Shown: positions 13,323 through 25,347 of the stretch, piece after piece
How positions within the stretch are numbered: position 1 is the first letter of the stretch
Layout of the letters: every line of letters starts with the position of its first letter
Source of the DNA: Spizellomyces punctatus DAOM BR117
Lineage: Eukaryota
Strand: one strand, 5' to 3'
Assembly: GCA_000182565.2 (NCBI GenBank)
Contig: KQ257459.1
DNA length: 64,000 nucleotides
The notes under the pieces: model-generated
Database searches by the model: none
What the model saw: only the letters and a program-made list of their open reading frames with translations
Told to the model about the DNA's origin: nothing
Made by a program: the position numbers and the translations under genes

Positions 13323-14751
13323 GGTGCGTTCGACAAGAGGGAGGAGAAACTGCTGCGTGAAAATCAAGAAATGCATCGATCAGCAGCTTGAATACCAAGA
13401 CAACACGAGGATATTGCACTAGTGACGAACCGTGAGATAATAAAAACAGTCTATCTTGCAGAGATGGAAGGGGAAAGAGATGCCCTTTGCTACTTGAGGG
13501 ATTTGGAAGTCAAGCTGCTCTTTTCAACTGGTCGATGCTGACAGCATCACTATAGGTGGCACAGTCATCCAATGCCCTTGAGCGCGTAAAAGAACAAACA
13601 CCTTGTTCTCTTTTTCTGGCCGTTATTTTTTTGTTCTTGCCGATAATGGATTATTTTCGAATTCGGAACTCCGATGCGGGATTTGCCAGTAAGATCTGTA
13701 TTTTTTTAGTGTTTAACAGATATTTCTTTATAGAGATTATTTCCTATTTTTCTTTGCTGCAAAACACTTTTGCTGGAGAGGTTGATGCAATCAATTGGAA
13801 ATATGACGTCTCCAAGTTCCTTTTAGGTGCTAACAAAAGATATACATGTTGCGTAAATGCCGCTGGTGAACACAACCTTTGGGCGTTCGCACTCCTCGTT
13901 TTAACCCTAAGGAAACATGTGAAAGACTCGCTCCGAGTCGTCTCCGAGGGAAACATGAAAACATACGGGAGAGAACAGTGATACAGATCGAAGAATGGGC
14001 CACCTTTCTGGGGATCTCTTGACCCAGGAGTAAAAAAGGTTCATCACGTCACGACGTCTGCAGGGAATGAAGGGCTTTTCACCTCCGTCGCACACTTGCA
14101 AACATCCGTTCTGACAACCTTATCAAAACTTGGTTGTGGGGATTCGACATGTTATCCGCGTAGTGTGATTTCCTTCGATGTGCCTGGAACATTTTTTTTG
14201 TGTTTTGCTGAGTTTGGACCCTCGCGCGTGTTTAGAGCATGGTGGTCATTGAAAAAAGCGCACAGTTCCTATCGCTCGCAAAAGCAACACACACAATACG
14301 CTGCAATATCAACAATGTTTTCCGCGATTATGCCTTTGAGCTGTCAAGGGACTGACTACCGTGACGTTCCAGCTCGTCCCACTCATGACAATTTAACGCG
14401 CAGCTTGAAGGGTTCTTCTTTGGCTGGGAGCTTGGAACTCTAACAGGCATGCAAGGGACTACTGCAACGTGAGAGGCTCGTTGAAAGGGGCGCTGACAGT
14501 TTAAAGGGAATTTGTGCTTTGTCCGGATGGATCGAGGTCAACCAAGACCTTGGACAGGCCCGCTGCCTTGGTATAAGTTATCACTACGTTCCTCCTGCTC
14601 AACTTGCAAACCTGGGATCGTTCACTTGTTTTAATTCACGATATGCACTAGTGCTCTTCGATCTGGCATGCCTTTGGTTCATATGAATGAAATACATAAC
14701 CATATCCGCTTCTAGCCGACCGTCCTGACTTTCACCCTTGACGATACTTAC

Positions 14752-15697
14752 ATGAGCCACTTACCCAATGCCAACAACTCGAATACCTGCAGTTTTCAGT
14801 TGGTTCAGAGAATCATTTGCTCTAGCATTACGGTATGCACTTGCCTTTTCATCAGCAGAGGTGAACACTAACGATTCTGATTTGCCACAGGTATGCTGCT
14901 GCCTGGAAGCCGCTGTGTCACTTGTAGGAAACAGAAGAATACGAACTTCTCGACCAATGCAACTGCACACCATAGGCGCCCTTTCATGGGCGGCCAATGT
15001 GATCCTCTACGCCGTCAGCTTCAGTTATGAAGGCACTATCCACACAGTCTTTGCTGAATTGAGCCTGGTATTCGATGTCCTGGCCCGAAGTCTTCTGATC
15101 TTCAATATTTATACGAGAACATGTTGCGTTATGGTCACAAGTTGTTCACGGATGAGAAAGGCGTATGGTACTGGTGCAGTTCTCGTCATCAGCTGGGTGA
15201 TCATTTCGACCATCGCCTTGTTTGTCTCGTATCTTGCCCACCCTGGCTACTTTCAAACAGACCCAGCGAATATCATGTACGTGGTCGGAATTATTATCGA
15301 CCTTGTTTTCTGCGTCTCCAGCGACTATTTGTTCATCCACGGGCTACGAAAGGCGAAGCATGCCTTGGGACTAGGCTTGACAGACCGAAAAGACATACTC
15401 GTTATTCTCAACATGGTCTGCATCGGGTTAATTCAAATTGCCTCGGTCGTTCTCCTGTTTGTTGGCATTGATGAAGAATACATGTACCACTATGTTTGCA
15501 CGGCTTTACGGTATCGGTTCTTTGTTTACATTTTACGATTTACGGACGACTACATGGGCAATCTCTCGGAGGGAGAAGGGACAGTCGGAACGTTGCGGAT
15601 GGATCCAGAAGCGATTGATGTGGACAAGGAGACGACCACGCGCGAGATTTCACCAGTTGCTTTTCGTAACGAGAGCAGTCAAACCGTATGCATCTAG
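14752..15697 (+). CDS. Multi-pass membrane protein (about 7 TM, GPCR-like topology), 2 exons
   Basis: ATG 14752; intron GTATGC...CTAAC...CAG 14833-14890 joins to the long ORF; six to seven hydrophobic segments followed by an acidic tail. Confidence 0.6.
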
Positions 15698-15828
15698 CCA
15701 AAAGCCAACAGGAGGTCTAATCGGAACAGTAGTATACCCCTTTTAAGTTACTTGTACAAAGTTGTAGAATGGTTTAAAGACAGTAATTGAAGTCTGACAG
15801 TGTCCTGTAAACAATAAAAGAATAAACA

Positions 15829-16351
15829 CTATGCAAGTCTTATTTCGAGGCTCTGTTTCAACGGATGAAACCGCGACCTCGTCTGAATTAAGCTGATAAG
15901 AGGTTGAAAGAGGGGCCTCATCGTCACCAACTCTTCAAAAGGCATGAACGTCCAAAACTCGCACTTTTCCGGCTCAAGCAGCTTTGGTGATGGAACGTCA
16001 TCTACACACTCGCCAATCATGAAGATTGTCACGTAATGCTTGCCATCCTTTGGCATGGGATCGTTCGTTGCTGTCCCGAATGTTATGTTATTGATGGCAA
16101 GTCCGGTTTCTTCGAGCACTTCACGGAGCGCGCAGCTTTCAAAGGACTCATTAAATTCAAGGTGACCTCCCGGAAGCTGATAGGTTCCTAATTTTTGACC
16201 TGGGTTTCTACTTTTGCTGGACCCTTCAATGATAATAATGCGGGCTTTTACCTTCACCGTGACTTCCTTTCCGCTTCCCAACCAGTATGTGCCCATCGCT
16301 GCGTCGAATGACAAAAACGCCAACCCCGACACGGGGTCCAACTGAATGCAT
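15829..16351 (-). CDS. Nudix hydrolase (NUDT15/MTH2-like), 2 exons
   Basis: PRVGVGVFV...LVGKRKGSHG, Nudix box GGHLEFNESFESCALREVLEETGL, KHYVTIFM, LEPEKCEFW. Confidence 0.92.
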
Positions 16352-16473
16352 GCTATTGGTGGTCGCTGCAAGCAACAAATCCAAAGAGAGCAAAGGACGT
16401 CGCAGGTGAGTCACACCAAAGTGGCTTAGCGTCAAGTGAGCATGTGAAGAACTATTTCAGTCTGAAAACTGGC

Positions 16474-16547
16474 GGCCGCGTGGCGCAATGGACTAGCGTA
16501 TTGGACTTCGGATCCAAAGGTTGCGGGTTCGAGTCCCGTCGTGGTCG
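16474..16547 (+). tRNA. tRNA-Arg, anticodon TCG
   Basis: Acceptor GGCCGCG/CGTGGTC, D-arm TGGCGCAATGGACTAGCG, anticodon arm TTGGA-CTTCGGA-TCCAA, T-arm GCGGG-TTCGAGT-CCCGT; oligo-T Pol III terminator at about 16567-16579. Confidence 0.96.
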
Positions 16548-16740
16548 TTCAGGAGGTCGGTCGGTGTTTTTTTTTTTTCACAATCGTCGTATCTTTTTAA
16601 CAGACCGTCATATTATAGATTTACAATGAAGCATATTGACAGGCAAATGACAAGCTAAATCGTAACTGTATAAACCTAAGTAATTCTGAATCTCCTGATG
16701 CTCGCCCATTGGAACGATCGGCACATTAGTCTGCTGCGAT

Positions 16741-18852
16741 CTACTTGCGAGCTTTAAATACAATCTCTACGGGCTCCACAGCAGCAATCGTGAAACCAGC
16801 TTCGGTCTCCAGCTTTCTCCCATTGCGATGACTAGCTAATTCGATCTCAAATGCCCGGATCAGATGGGCCAGTGCAACTTTGGCTTCCATCATCGAGATA
16901 CGCTGTCCCACGCAGCTGCGTCCACCAGCTCCAAAAGGAATCCAGGCGAAGGGATGACGTGCCTTGTTGATGTTCTGATCTATGAAATGATAGGGAAAAT
17001 ACATATTAGGGTGAGCGTAATGTGCTGAATTGCGGTGGATGGCTGGAATAAAAAAGATGAGTGAGAGGCAATTGTTGCGAAGCAAACATTGCATGCTGCT
17101 CACGTTCATTTAGAATGACTACACTTGCACCACGAGGTATATGAACGCCATGAAACTCGAAATCCTCCGTGGCAGCCCGTCCGTTGATAGGAGCAGGAGG
17201 GTAAAGCCTGGCCGTCTCCTACAGGCAAATGTAGCTTATAATGCATTATGGATTGATTCATATTTGCCTACCTTTAAAACTGCCGTCATCAGCCGCATCG
17301 ACCCACTGGTATCATACTGAAGGTCGGCGGTAGCAATCGTATCAGTAATTTCCTTGTACAGCTGCATTTGAAGCATCTTGTTTTCGGGCTTTGCGAGTTC
17401 GTACAAGGCAAAGGTCAAAAGTGACGCCGTCGTATCGGTGCCTGGAAATAAGATAAGAGTTTGTAAATCTGACAAGCGTGTGAGCGTGTGGTGATCTGAC
17501 CGGCTGCCATGATATCAATACTATCTGGATATGCAAGGATAGATCGGAGTGAGGACACATCATCAGGCAATCAGAGATCAAACGAATTGCAGTTCTCACC
17601 AGTTAACACATCCTCCTCCATGAGCATCTCTCCATCTTTCTCATCTCTCGCGGTAAAGATGGCCGTGGCGAAATCTCTTGGCAATACTTCACATCGTTTC
17701 ATCATCTCACGCCTCTCCTTAAGCATGTCCATTGAAAACCTGCGTATAGACTGTAATTTTTCATGAAGATCTCTCAGGAGGGGATCTTTCTCCCAATCTA
17801 ACGCGGCGGAAGGCAGGAGGAAATGGGTCCGAGCTACGTTGAAAAGCGTACGAACGGCGTCAGCGATTTCAGGAACTGATTCTCCTCGAGTCCCAAACGC
17901 GATCTTAAGGATGACAGAAAAAGTGTAATCGTTAAGGGGCTTTCTGATGTCGATTGCGCCCTTTGTTGACTACCAATTGTGTGGGTTAATATTGTATTAT
18001 AACAAGCAAAAGCAAAGTCCGTTCCGGAGGGCCTGACCTCTGAGGCTAATCCATTAACGAGCACTTTGGCATACGCGTTCATATCGTCAGTGAAAGCATT
18101 GACGGCTTTGGGAGGCAGCAATGCCCTATTGGCCAGACGACGATGCTTTTCCCACCCACCATCCACTATGGTGGCAAACCATGACGTTAGGAAGCCGCAT
18201 TCAAAGATAGCAGGTGCCCTATACCTGTTCGCATTGCGATTCCGTGCGATGTCTCTGGGGCATTAGGGGCTAATCTCCTGTACACCTGTTGCATATACGG
18301 AAGATCCCCGCGATCATACCACTTGACATTATGGAACACATCTGCTGCCAGATCGGCTGTTGAAACGCATATATCATAGAGTTGTTGATGCTCCTTCACG
18401 TTGATGGGTGAACACGGGTGTGGTAACGCTGTTTGCGGATGATTGCTTACCTCTGCTCCTACTCGTGGGATTTTCATCATGTCAGGCGCACCATGGGATT
18501 CCCATAGGTCTAACATGACACGATCACCGTGTTGTATTCCATGCTTCTGGAGAAGAACCCAAGTCGGTTTAAAAGGGCCATCATGGGAAGTCCGCTGAGT
18601 CTTACATTGATGGCCAATTGCATTGCCTCAAAGTCGGGCCCTACGAATAAGTTAGCATAACCGCAGGTTTGCATTGCATTTCGAGCATTCTTGACCTGTC
18701 AAAGCAGATATATGCTGAACGCTGGGTGCATTTTCAATGGGCACAGCCGCTGTGCGCATTCGCCGTGTGTTCAGTAGAGAACTCGTCAATGGCGTACCGG
18801 CCACAATGTTATGACGGGATAGCCTCCTCAGTGCAAGACCGTAGCAGACCAT
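16741..18852 (-). CDS. Cytochrome P450, multi-exon
   Basis: I-helix DIMAAGTDTTA (spliced), K-helix KETARLYPP, heme signature PFGAGGRSCVG. Confidence 0.9.
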
Positions 18853-19152
18853 TGATAAAACTTCTAAAGCGTATCTGTTACTGTGAAATGCAAGTCAAAC
18901 TTGGCCTTAACATGAAGTTAAGACAATTTGGCGCCCCATACGAAGCAAGCCAGCCCTCTGCCATTGAGTCATGTTGCATGACAGGTATTGCCCTTGATGT
19001 CATGTATGATTTTATTTGAGGAAATATGGAGAGACTTGGCTACCTTCCTCGTTTCACATGCTGTAATGGAGCTGATCCGTGATAACCTCCCACCTAGCCA
19101 ATGTTATTCATGACTGGCGTCTTCTTCCAACGTTTGGGTAAGACTCGCCATT

Positions 19153-19202
19153 TTCAGGGAGAAAACTGTGAGACGTTCAGGGAGAAAACTGTGAGACGTT
19201 CA
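19153..19202. repeat. Perfect 23-bp tandem duplication (TTCAGGGAGAAAACTGTGAGACG x2)
   Basis: Read directly from sequence. Confidence 0.95.
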
Positions 19203-20421
19203 AGACTTGTTCAATATTGAGTGGTTTGAAGAGTCCTGAAGGTTTCCCACATATACGGAAAAGCATATTCGAGTCGACATGGAGAACCATCGATAACTAC
19301 AACAGAACAGAAAACTTGAAGATCTATCGATATATTTATCTACTTGTAACCAGGGACTAGCCGTCCGTATAGATAAATTCTTTACGGAGAGCAGACGTCA
19401 TCATCTGAAGAGTATGGAATGTACCAACTATCGTCGCTACGACACAGAGATAACATTCGTTGTTTTGCAAATGACAACACAACAAAGGTACAAGCATGGT
19501 TACATAGGCCAACCAAACATCCAAAGGGAATAATAAACAATGTAGTCAGATGCTGTGTTTCATGATACGTGTAAAGAAACGAGTGAATAGCCCAACTTTG
19601 CCCGCTATGGCTGAACAGGCTGGACAAGACCGGAAGACTGGGAGAATATGTTCTTGAGTCTTGCACTATATAGATGCTGCTATCGTTCCCATTTGGTAGA
19701 ATGTTTGTTTACTTTTGTGTTATTTTTTCTCTATTGGACGGTATCAGTATAGGACCAAGTTGATGTAAAAATAACACTAGCATGTTATGTTAAACCCGTA
19801 ACGCGAGCGTCCTTAATGACTTTCTTCTTCTACCGGAAGCCGAAAACGAGAACTTGAGTTGGAACGTGAGTGAGTGACAAGTAATCAGATTGTCAAGTGG
19901 AGAGCTTTTGGACCCAGGCAACTTACTAATGACAGCATGTTGGCTAGAGAAGTCCAACGATGATGTCCGAACGTCTCGCTTGAATGTCCGAACGGCGAAC
20001 GCGTTGTGGGATGTAGTCCACCTAGCGATAATTCTGTTGTCGGCAATTACAACTGAAGAGCGGGAGGCTTCCGCTTTAAAAGATCCTGATGTCAGTTTTC
20101 TGAAGCTGGGGATGACAACTCTTTGACGAAAATCCCTGCGTTCGCGGTAGTGGAGCGCCCTCTGGTTGCCGAAAAACATATCAAGGAAAACAGGACAGTC
20201 CGATTGAATGTGAGTAGCCCAACACGCACGGCATTTAGCCCAGCTTCGAAAGTGGTATATTGTTGGTAGCTCCATCACGGCAGCGTGGAACATTCTTGAC
20301 AGCTCAAACATTCCTCACATGGCCTTTTCATGCAATCTGTGATCGGGGCTGTATGCGATCTCATCATCATAGGGGGATTATGGGTAGCACGACACAATAA
20401 TAGTGCTTATGACATATCAGT

Positions 20422-20469
20422 GTACCATGGAGGTGGGATTCTGCAGTACCATGGAGGTGGGATTCTGCA
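20422..20469. repeat. Perfect 24-bp tandem duplication (GTACCATGGAGGTGGGATTCTGCA x2)
   Basis: Read directly from sequence. Confidence 0.95.
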
Positions 20470-21474
20470 ATGAGGAGATTGTTAAAAGTTTATTATCATG
20501 CCCATCTCGGAATACTGCCATATCTTCTGTGTGACCTCATCCCTAATACATCATTGACTTCAGATTCACCTATACAGCCTCGCAAGACGGTAAGGGACAA
20601 TGAAATATTTCGAAATCCAGTGATTCAGATAAACCTACCCTGATTGATGGGTGCAACATCCAACACAGTGCTGATCTGTATCTCTGTAATATACTGTATG
20701 TACAGTCACGGGGCTTGGTTCTTGCATTATATAAGCAACACCGACATCTTCAGGCAATACCTATGGTGCTGTATGAGGAGATGCTTAGGGATGCATATTG
20801 GTTCATACTCTATCATGGTGTGGGATGTCTGTGATACTCTTCATATGCATTGGATAGTATAGCTGCTCAGATAGAACTCTTCGTCAACAAACTCCCTTGC
20901 TCATGATCCCCCGCGATCGCGTTACATAATGCACTTACAAGCACTTTTCAAACCCTAACTGATCCTCTAAAATTTCGTCACAGACCCAAACCAGAACGTG
21001 TGGAAGAGAAAAGCACGCGATATGCGAACGTTGTTATCTGCGCCTTGTGACGTGCGCGTCATGGATTGTTTTCTACTCTTGTCTCCTGAATATCTCGGGT
21101 CAATAAAATGGCGCCCTGTTTCCAATTCTTTCGCATAGTTAAAAGCAGATGAAAACACTGACAAACATTCAGAAAGGACACATTTACAGCTGTAATGTTT
21201 CGTATTCCGTTTTCCAACCGAGGATTAGGTGCCGACGTAGCCAACGACCTGTTCCAAAGGGCCTGTAAGTACTATGGGGATAACAGTAATATTTTAACAG
21301 ATATATGAGTACCTGATGAGCTTGTGAAAGGTCACGCAGAGTATGGGACAGCATCTGAACAGGTAATTTGATGTTGTGTCCCGATGCGAGGTCAGCATTA
21401 GATACATTTTTCTACCATGGTAGGGAAATAAAAAGACATCGGCTGGACGCAAGCGACGCGGTCGCCGCGACCGG

Positions 21475-23310
21475 ATGCGAAGGTTCCGTCGATCTCACGC
21501 AACTGATGCGGTAAGCGTCCGTGCAGCATACCGAGCTCTACAGCGCACTAAATCCCATAAAGACCGAGCGTCACGGAACCCCAGCGTTTCGATCCAATCA
21601 TCTACGCAGACGCCATCGTTTCCGCCGGGCATTACATCTAGGAGGGTTCAAATTTCATGCCAGCGATTCAGAGTCATCGACCTTGAACCAATCAAGTGGC
21701 GATGAGAATATGCGAACAAAACAAGATGAGGTGAACAGAATACTCATCCGGCAAGGTTCGTTTGGATTAGGTAGATTAACGAAGATTGTCTTAAGCTAAA
21801 CGTTTTCTTCCTAAATTCATTGTAGAGCGTCAGCGTCGTCGGCATGATGATCTTAATGTAAGAATTCGAGGGCTTCGATTTAGCTCTATAATCATCTCAG
21901 CGATTTTCTTCTAGGATGCAGAGCTTTACGCTTTGAACCCATTCCTATCGATTGAAACCAATCAGGTTCCACGCAACAGCCGTCGGTCATCCGCTACGTC
22001 CGTTTCCAGCTCTTCCTTACCTGGAAGACGAGTCTCTGCATCACATGGCAAATTAATAAAGCCAGCCCCAGGGGCTATAGGAGTCGGTAAGTATGTGCAT
22101 TGGATCAAAGCCTTTAATCTGATGCTGACAACGCCGTCAACAGCAAAGTTGAAGAGCCACGATGGTCCATCTGAGCCCATGGTATTATTTCAAAGTACTG
22201 CTTGTTCCCTCCTCAAGCTAATTACGTGTGTTTGTCGGTCAGGTGGAAAAGAAATATCATACAGGCGATACGCATTTCCCTGACCTCCGTCCGGAAGCCG
22301 AAACTACGGATGAACCTAGCACCAACAGATCCATTTCGTTTTATGTTACACCACGAGACATATACGATCTTACTCCACGGGACGTCCAGCTTCGCGCTCA
22401 GTTAATGAGGGAGCTTGTGTCCTGGTATTTCTATAGCCGCTGGACATCGCCGGCATTGCAAGGAGGTGAAGAACGAGCGACTGCACCTGAACATCCTGCA
22501 AAGATGTGTCTTCCTTCGTTTAAAATGGAAAGATTATCTCCTCTGATGGAGACGGAGGACGAAAATCAAGAGGGATTTGATGTATTCGCTGGAATTGGGA
22601 CCAAAGGCTTCACTTTTGCGCTCAGCAAGATAGATCGCCGCACCTTACGGCCTACCGTCGCTCCAGTTGCCACCCCACCGACCCAATCCCCAAATGATGC
22701 AGGGACGCCAACTCCCGCCTCGCCTGCCGTAGTCAACCCTTTCCGAGGAACGTACAAGCATAGGATGCGTAGAGTATCGCTGACTCCGGACCTTGAGATT
22801 GCCCAAATGGGAAACAGTGCGACGAATATTCCAGTCATGGCTGATTTTGGAAAAGTAAAGACAAACGCAGCTCCCCTTATCAAACCCCGCGATCGAGCCA
22901 AGCGTCACCGCGGTCCTTCAAAGTTCGGAAAAGCTTGGGGCACTTCTCTCGGGCCTTGGGTTGACCATGACCCCGATCTATGCGATAGGCATGACCATTC
23001 ACGATACCTGATTGATGTTGCTGGGTCGGTCAATGCTTATCGTGAAGAGCACGAAACTGGATGGACATCCCATTCACAACTGCAGGCTGTTTGGAGCCAG
23101 CTGGCTGTCGCCGAAGGTGGTCAATTTGAACACACCCAAATGTCAGAAGAGCACAAAAAAGACTTTAAGCAGCTGTTTGAAAAGTTATTGGACGTCACAT
23201 TTGGTGATAAAAAAGGGTCAGAGAACATTGGCAAGATTGAAGAGAAGCAGAAGAGACAAAAGGACCCCGGAGCAGCCATCAGATCCTTGGCGCTAGGCGT
23301 TGTCTGGTAA
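21475..23310 (+). CDS. Hypothetical protein; 5' exon structure uncertain
   Basis: 360-codon ORF 22228-23310 preceded by in-strand ORF segments and GT-AG candidate introns; no recognisable domain. Confidence 0.5.
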
Positions 23311-25347
23311 TTTTCTGAATGTGTGGTTTTCAGATGCAACATTCGCATGGCACTTATTAATCGCTGATAAACTCCTCAAAAAACTCTAGATGCAACGGAC
23401 ATTTTGTATTCAGATTATTAAAAAAGCAGAAAGGCATGTGGCGATTGTAGTTTCAAGCCTTATTTTCCACACATATACCTTGTCTTTTACTTGTGATGTG
23501 TTAAAATCGAAATATGTGCAAGTTGTGACATTTTCCATCATCTGGGCTACATTCCTTGGTACCCAAAAGGCCCTACATGTATTTTTTGGAGGGCGGCGTA
23601 CTGACAAGCCAAGAGGTTTTTCCCATCCCTGTCTGCCTTGAAATATAAGGTCATGGCACTTTGCGATCGCCAGTGTTACGGCCACGCTACGTAACGTACC
23701 TTTTGAGACTCTGGTGTTCAGTTGGTTCACAGACGCCGTCGTGCCTTACACGGTGCCTTAAGACGCAGCTAATCTCCACATCGCTACCCCTTTAAACCAG
23801 CCCAAGCTTAGTGAGGCAATGTCCCAGTCCCCTCTCTGACGTATTGCGATTTTGAAAAGCATTAGATGGGCTATATCGCTTTCATTATAGTATCAAAAAT
23901 CAAAGTATACAATAAAGGTCCATCCTATTGACGATATATAAAGAATTTCTTCGACCTTGCCAACGATTGGAATCATGCAAAGTGTAGCGTGTGGAAGTTG
24001 GAAGGTACCTGACATTAAATGATATGCTCAATTTGTTCGGTGATCTACTCGACAGGGGAGCAGAGACGAACAGGGCAAAATGAGGCCCTTTTCTCAGTCA
24101 CGTATTAACGGCACCCAGAAAATGACCCAGCCAACACACCCCAACACAAATTCAAGACACAATCATAGAAAAGCCAGTGACGACCCTCCGTGCTCGCGGC
24201 ATCCAACTGTCGGCATTTTCGGGAACGGCTTACTGGGATACACTTCTGCATACCAAAGAGGCGTTACAAGGCCGAACAGGTGATTGTCTGCTAAAGGTTA
24301 TCTTCGATCAGGATGCTGCATCGCATGTATGCGCCCGATACAGATTGCTGGCGGCTGCGGAGGAGTTCCTCTTCAGTTCGCATCCGGTCGCTCTCGGCAT
24401 TGTTTGCATGTGATTCATTGAACCATTTCTATCGCCTGCACAACGAGAGGACGCATGTGTCGCAGTTTATCGTAAAAGATTAAGACCCAAGTTAGGGATC
24501 CATTTATCAGGGATAAGTAAATGAAATGGAAGAGACGTCGATACAAGGTCCCTATGTGTTTCTCGTCTGTCTCAATTGCAAATCGAATACGTGCAGATGA
24601 GCTTGTGTATATCAGTCGGACAGGCATTGAAGCCAACGCAAGCAGAAATCTTTGTAAACCCGTCTCAACAGGGAATCTTTTAGAGAATGCGACATATATA
24701 TACATATAGGACCGATGAGAAAAAGAATAATCTCAAACTGTGGAATTGTTGCCTTTTGCGCCTGGTAGTAAGGGCCCGACCGCGATGGATAATGATCCTT
24801 TGTGCACGCCGGTAGATATAGACAGACAGTGCATCTTGGGTAGTGCTTACCGATGAGAACATGAGGGGTCAATCATCAGAACGTCAGGAAATGTCACTTT
24901 CGAGAGAAGACATTGAGCCCTTTCTACACTGATCAGGAGAATGCATCTCAAATGCACGGGCTACCATTCCCCGCAGTTTGGGAAAATGTCCGAAAAGCAA
25001 AAGACTCTTTAGAGAATTCTCGTATCATAAAGCGAGAAACCCTAGTGGATGCAAAGGGAATACGGAATGACACCCTCTGCATTGATTCCAAATGCTTCGT
25101 CCAGTTCTACTGTCCCTTGTCACGAAGTACCATCTCGACTTCATCTGGCGAGCAAATAACGGAATTTTAAATGAGATTAGAGAAATATATGGGACGTCTA
25201 GGAATACAGTACAAGACGCCCTAGAGGGCAGCCTAACCAAGTACTGTTTGTTTATATTCAATTAGTAGTCATGGCAACAGCATGACGCAACCAGTAGCCG
25301 ATGACTGGGTTTTGAACTGAGATCCACCTTCCCAATGCTGCCACGAA

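Noticed and set aside
19153..20469. Short direct repeats considered as CRISPR-like
   Set aside because: Two abutting copies each, no spacers, unrelated units, eukaryotic context
20951..20960. AAACCCTAAC telomere-like/telobox sequence
   Set aside because: Isolated copy with no array and no clear downstream gene
24000..25260. Scattered short + strand ORFs with possible splice sites
   Set aside because: No consistent gene model or domain; at most a degraded gene
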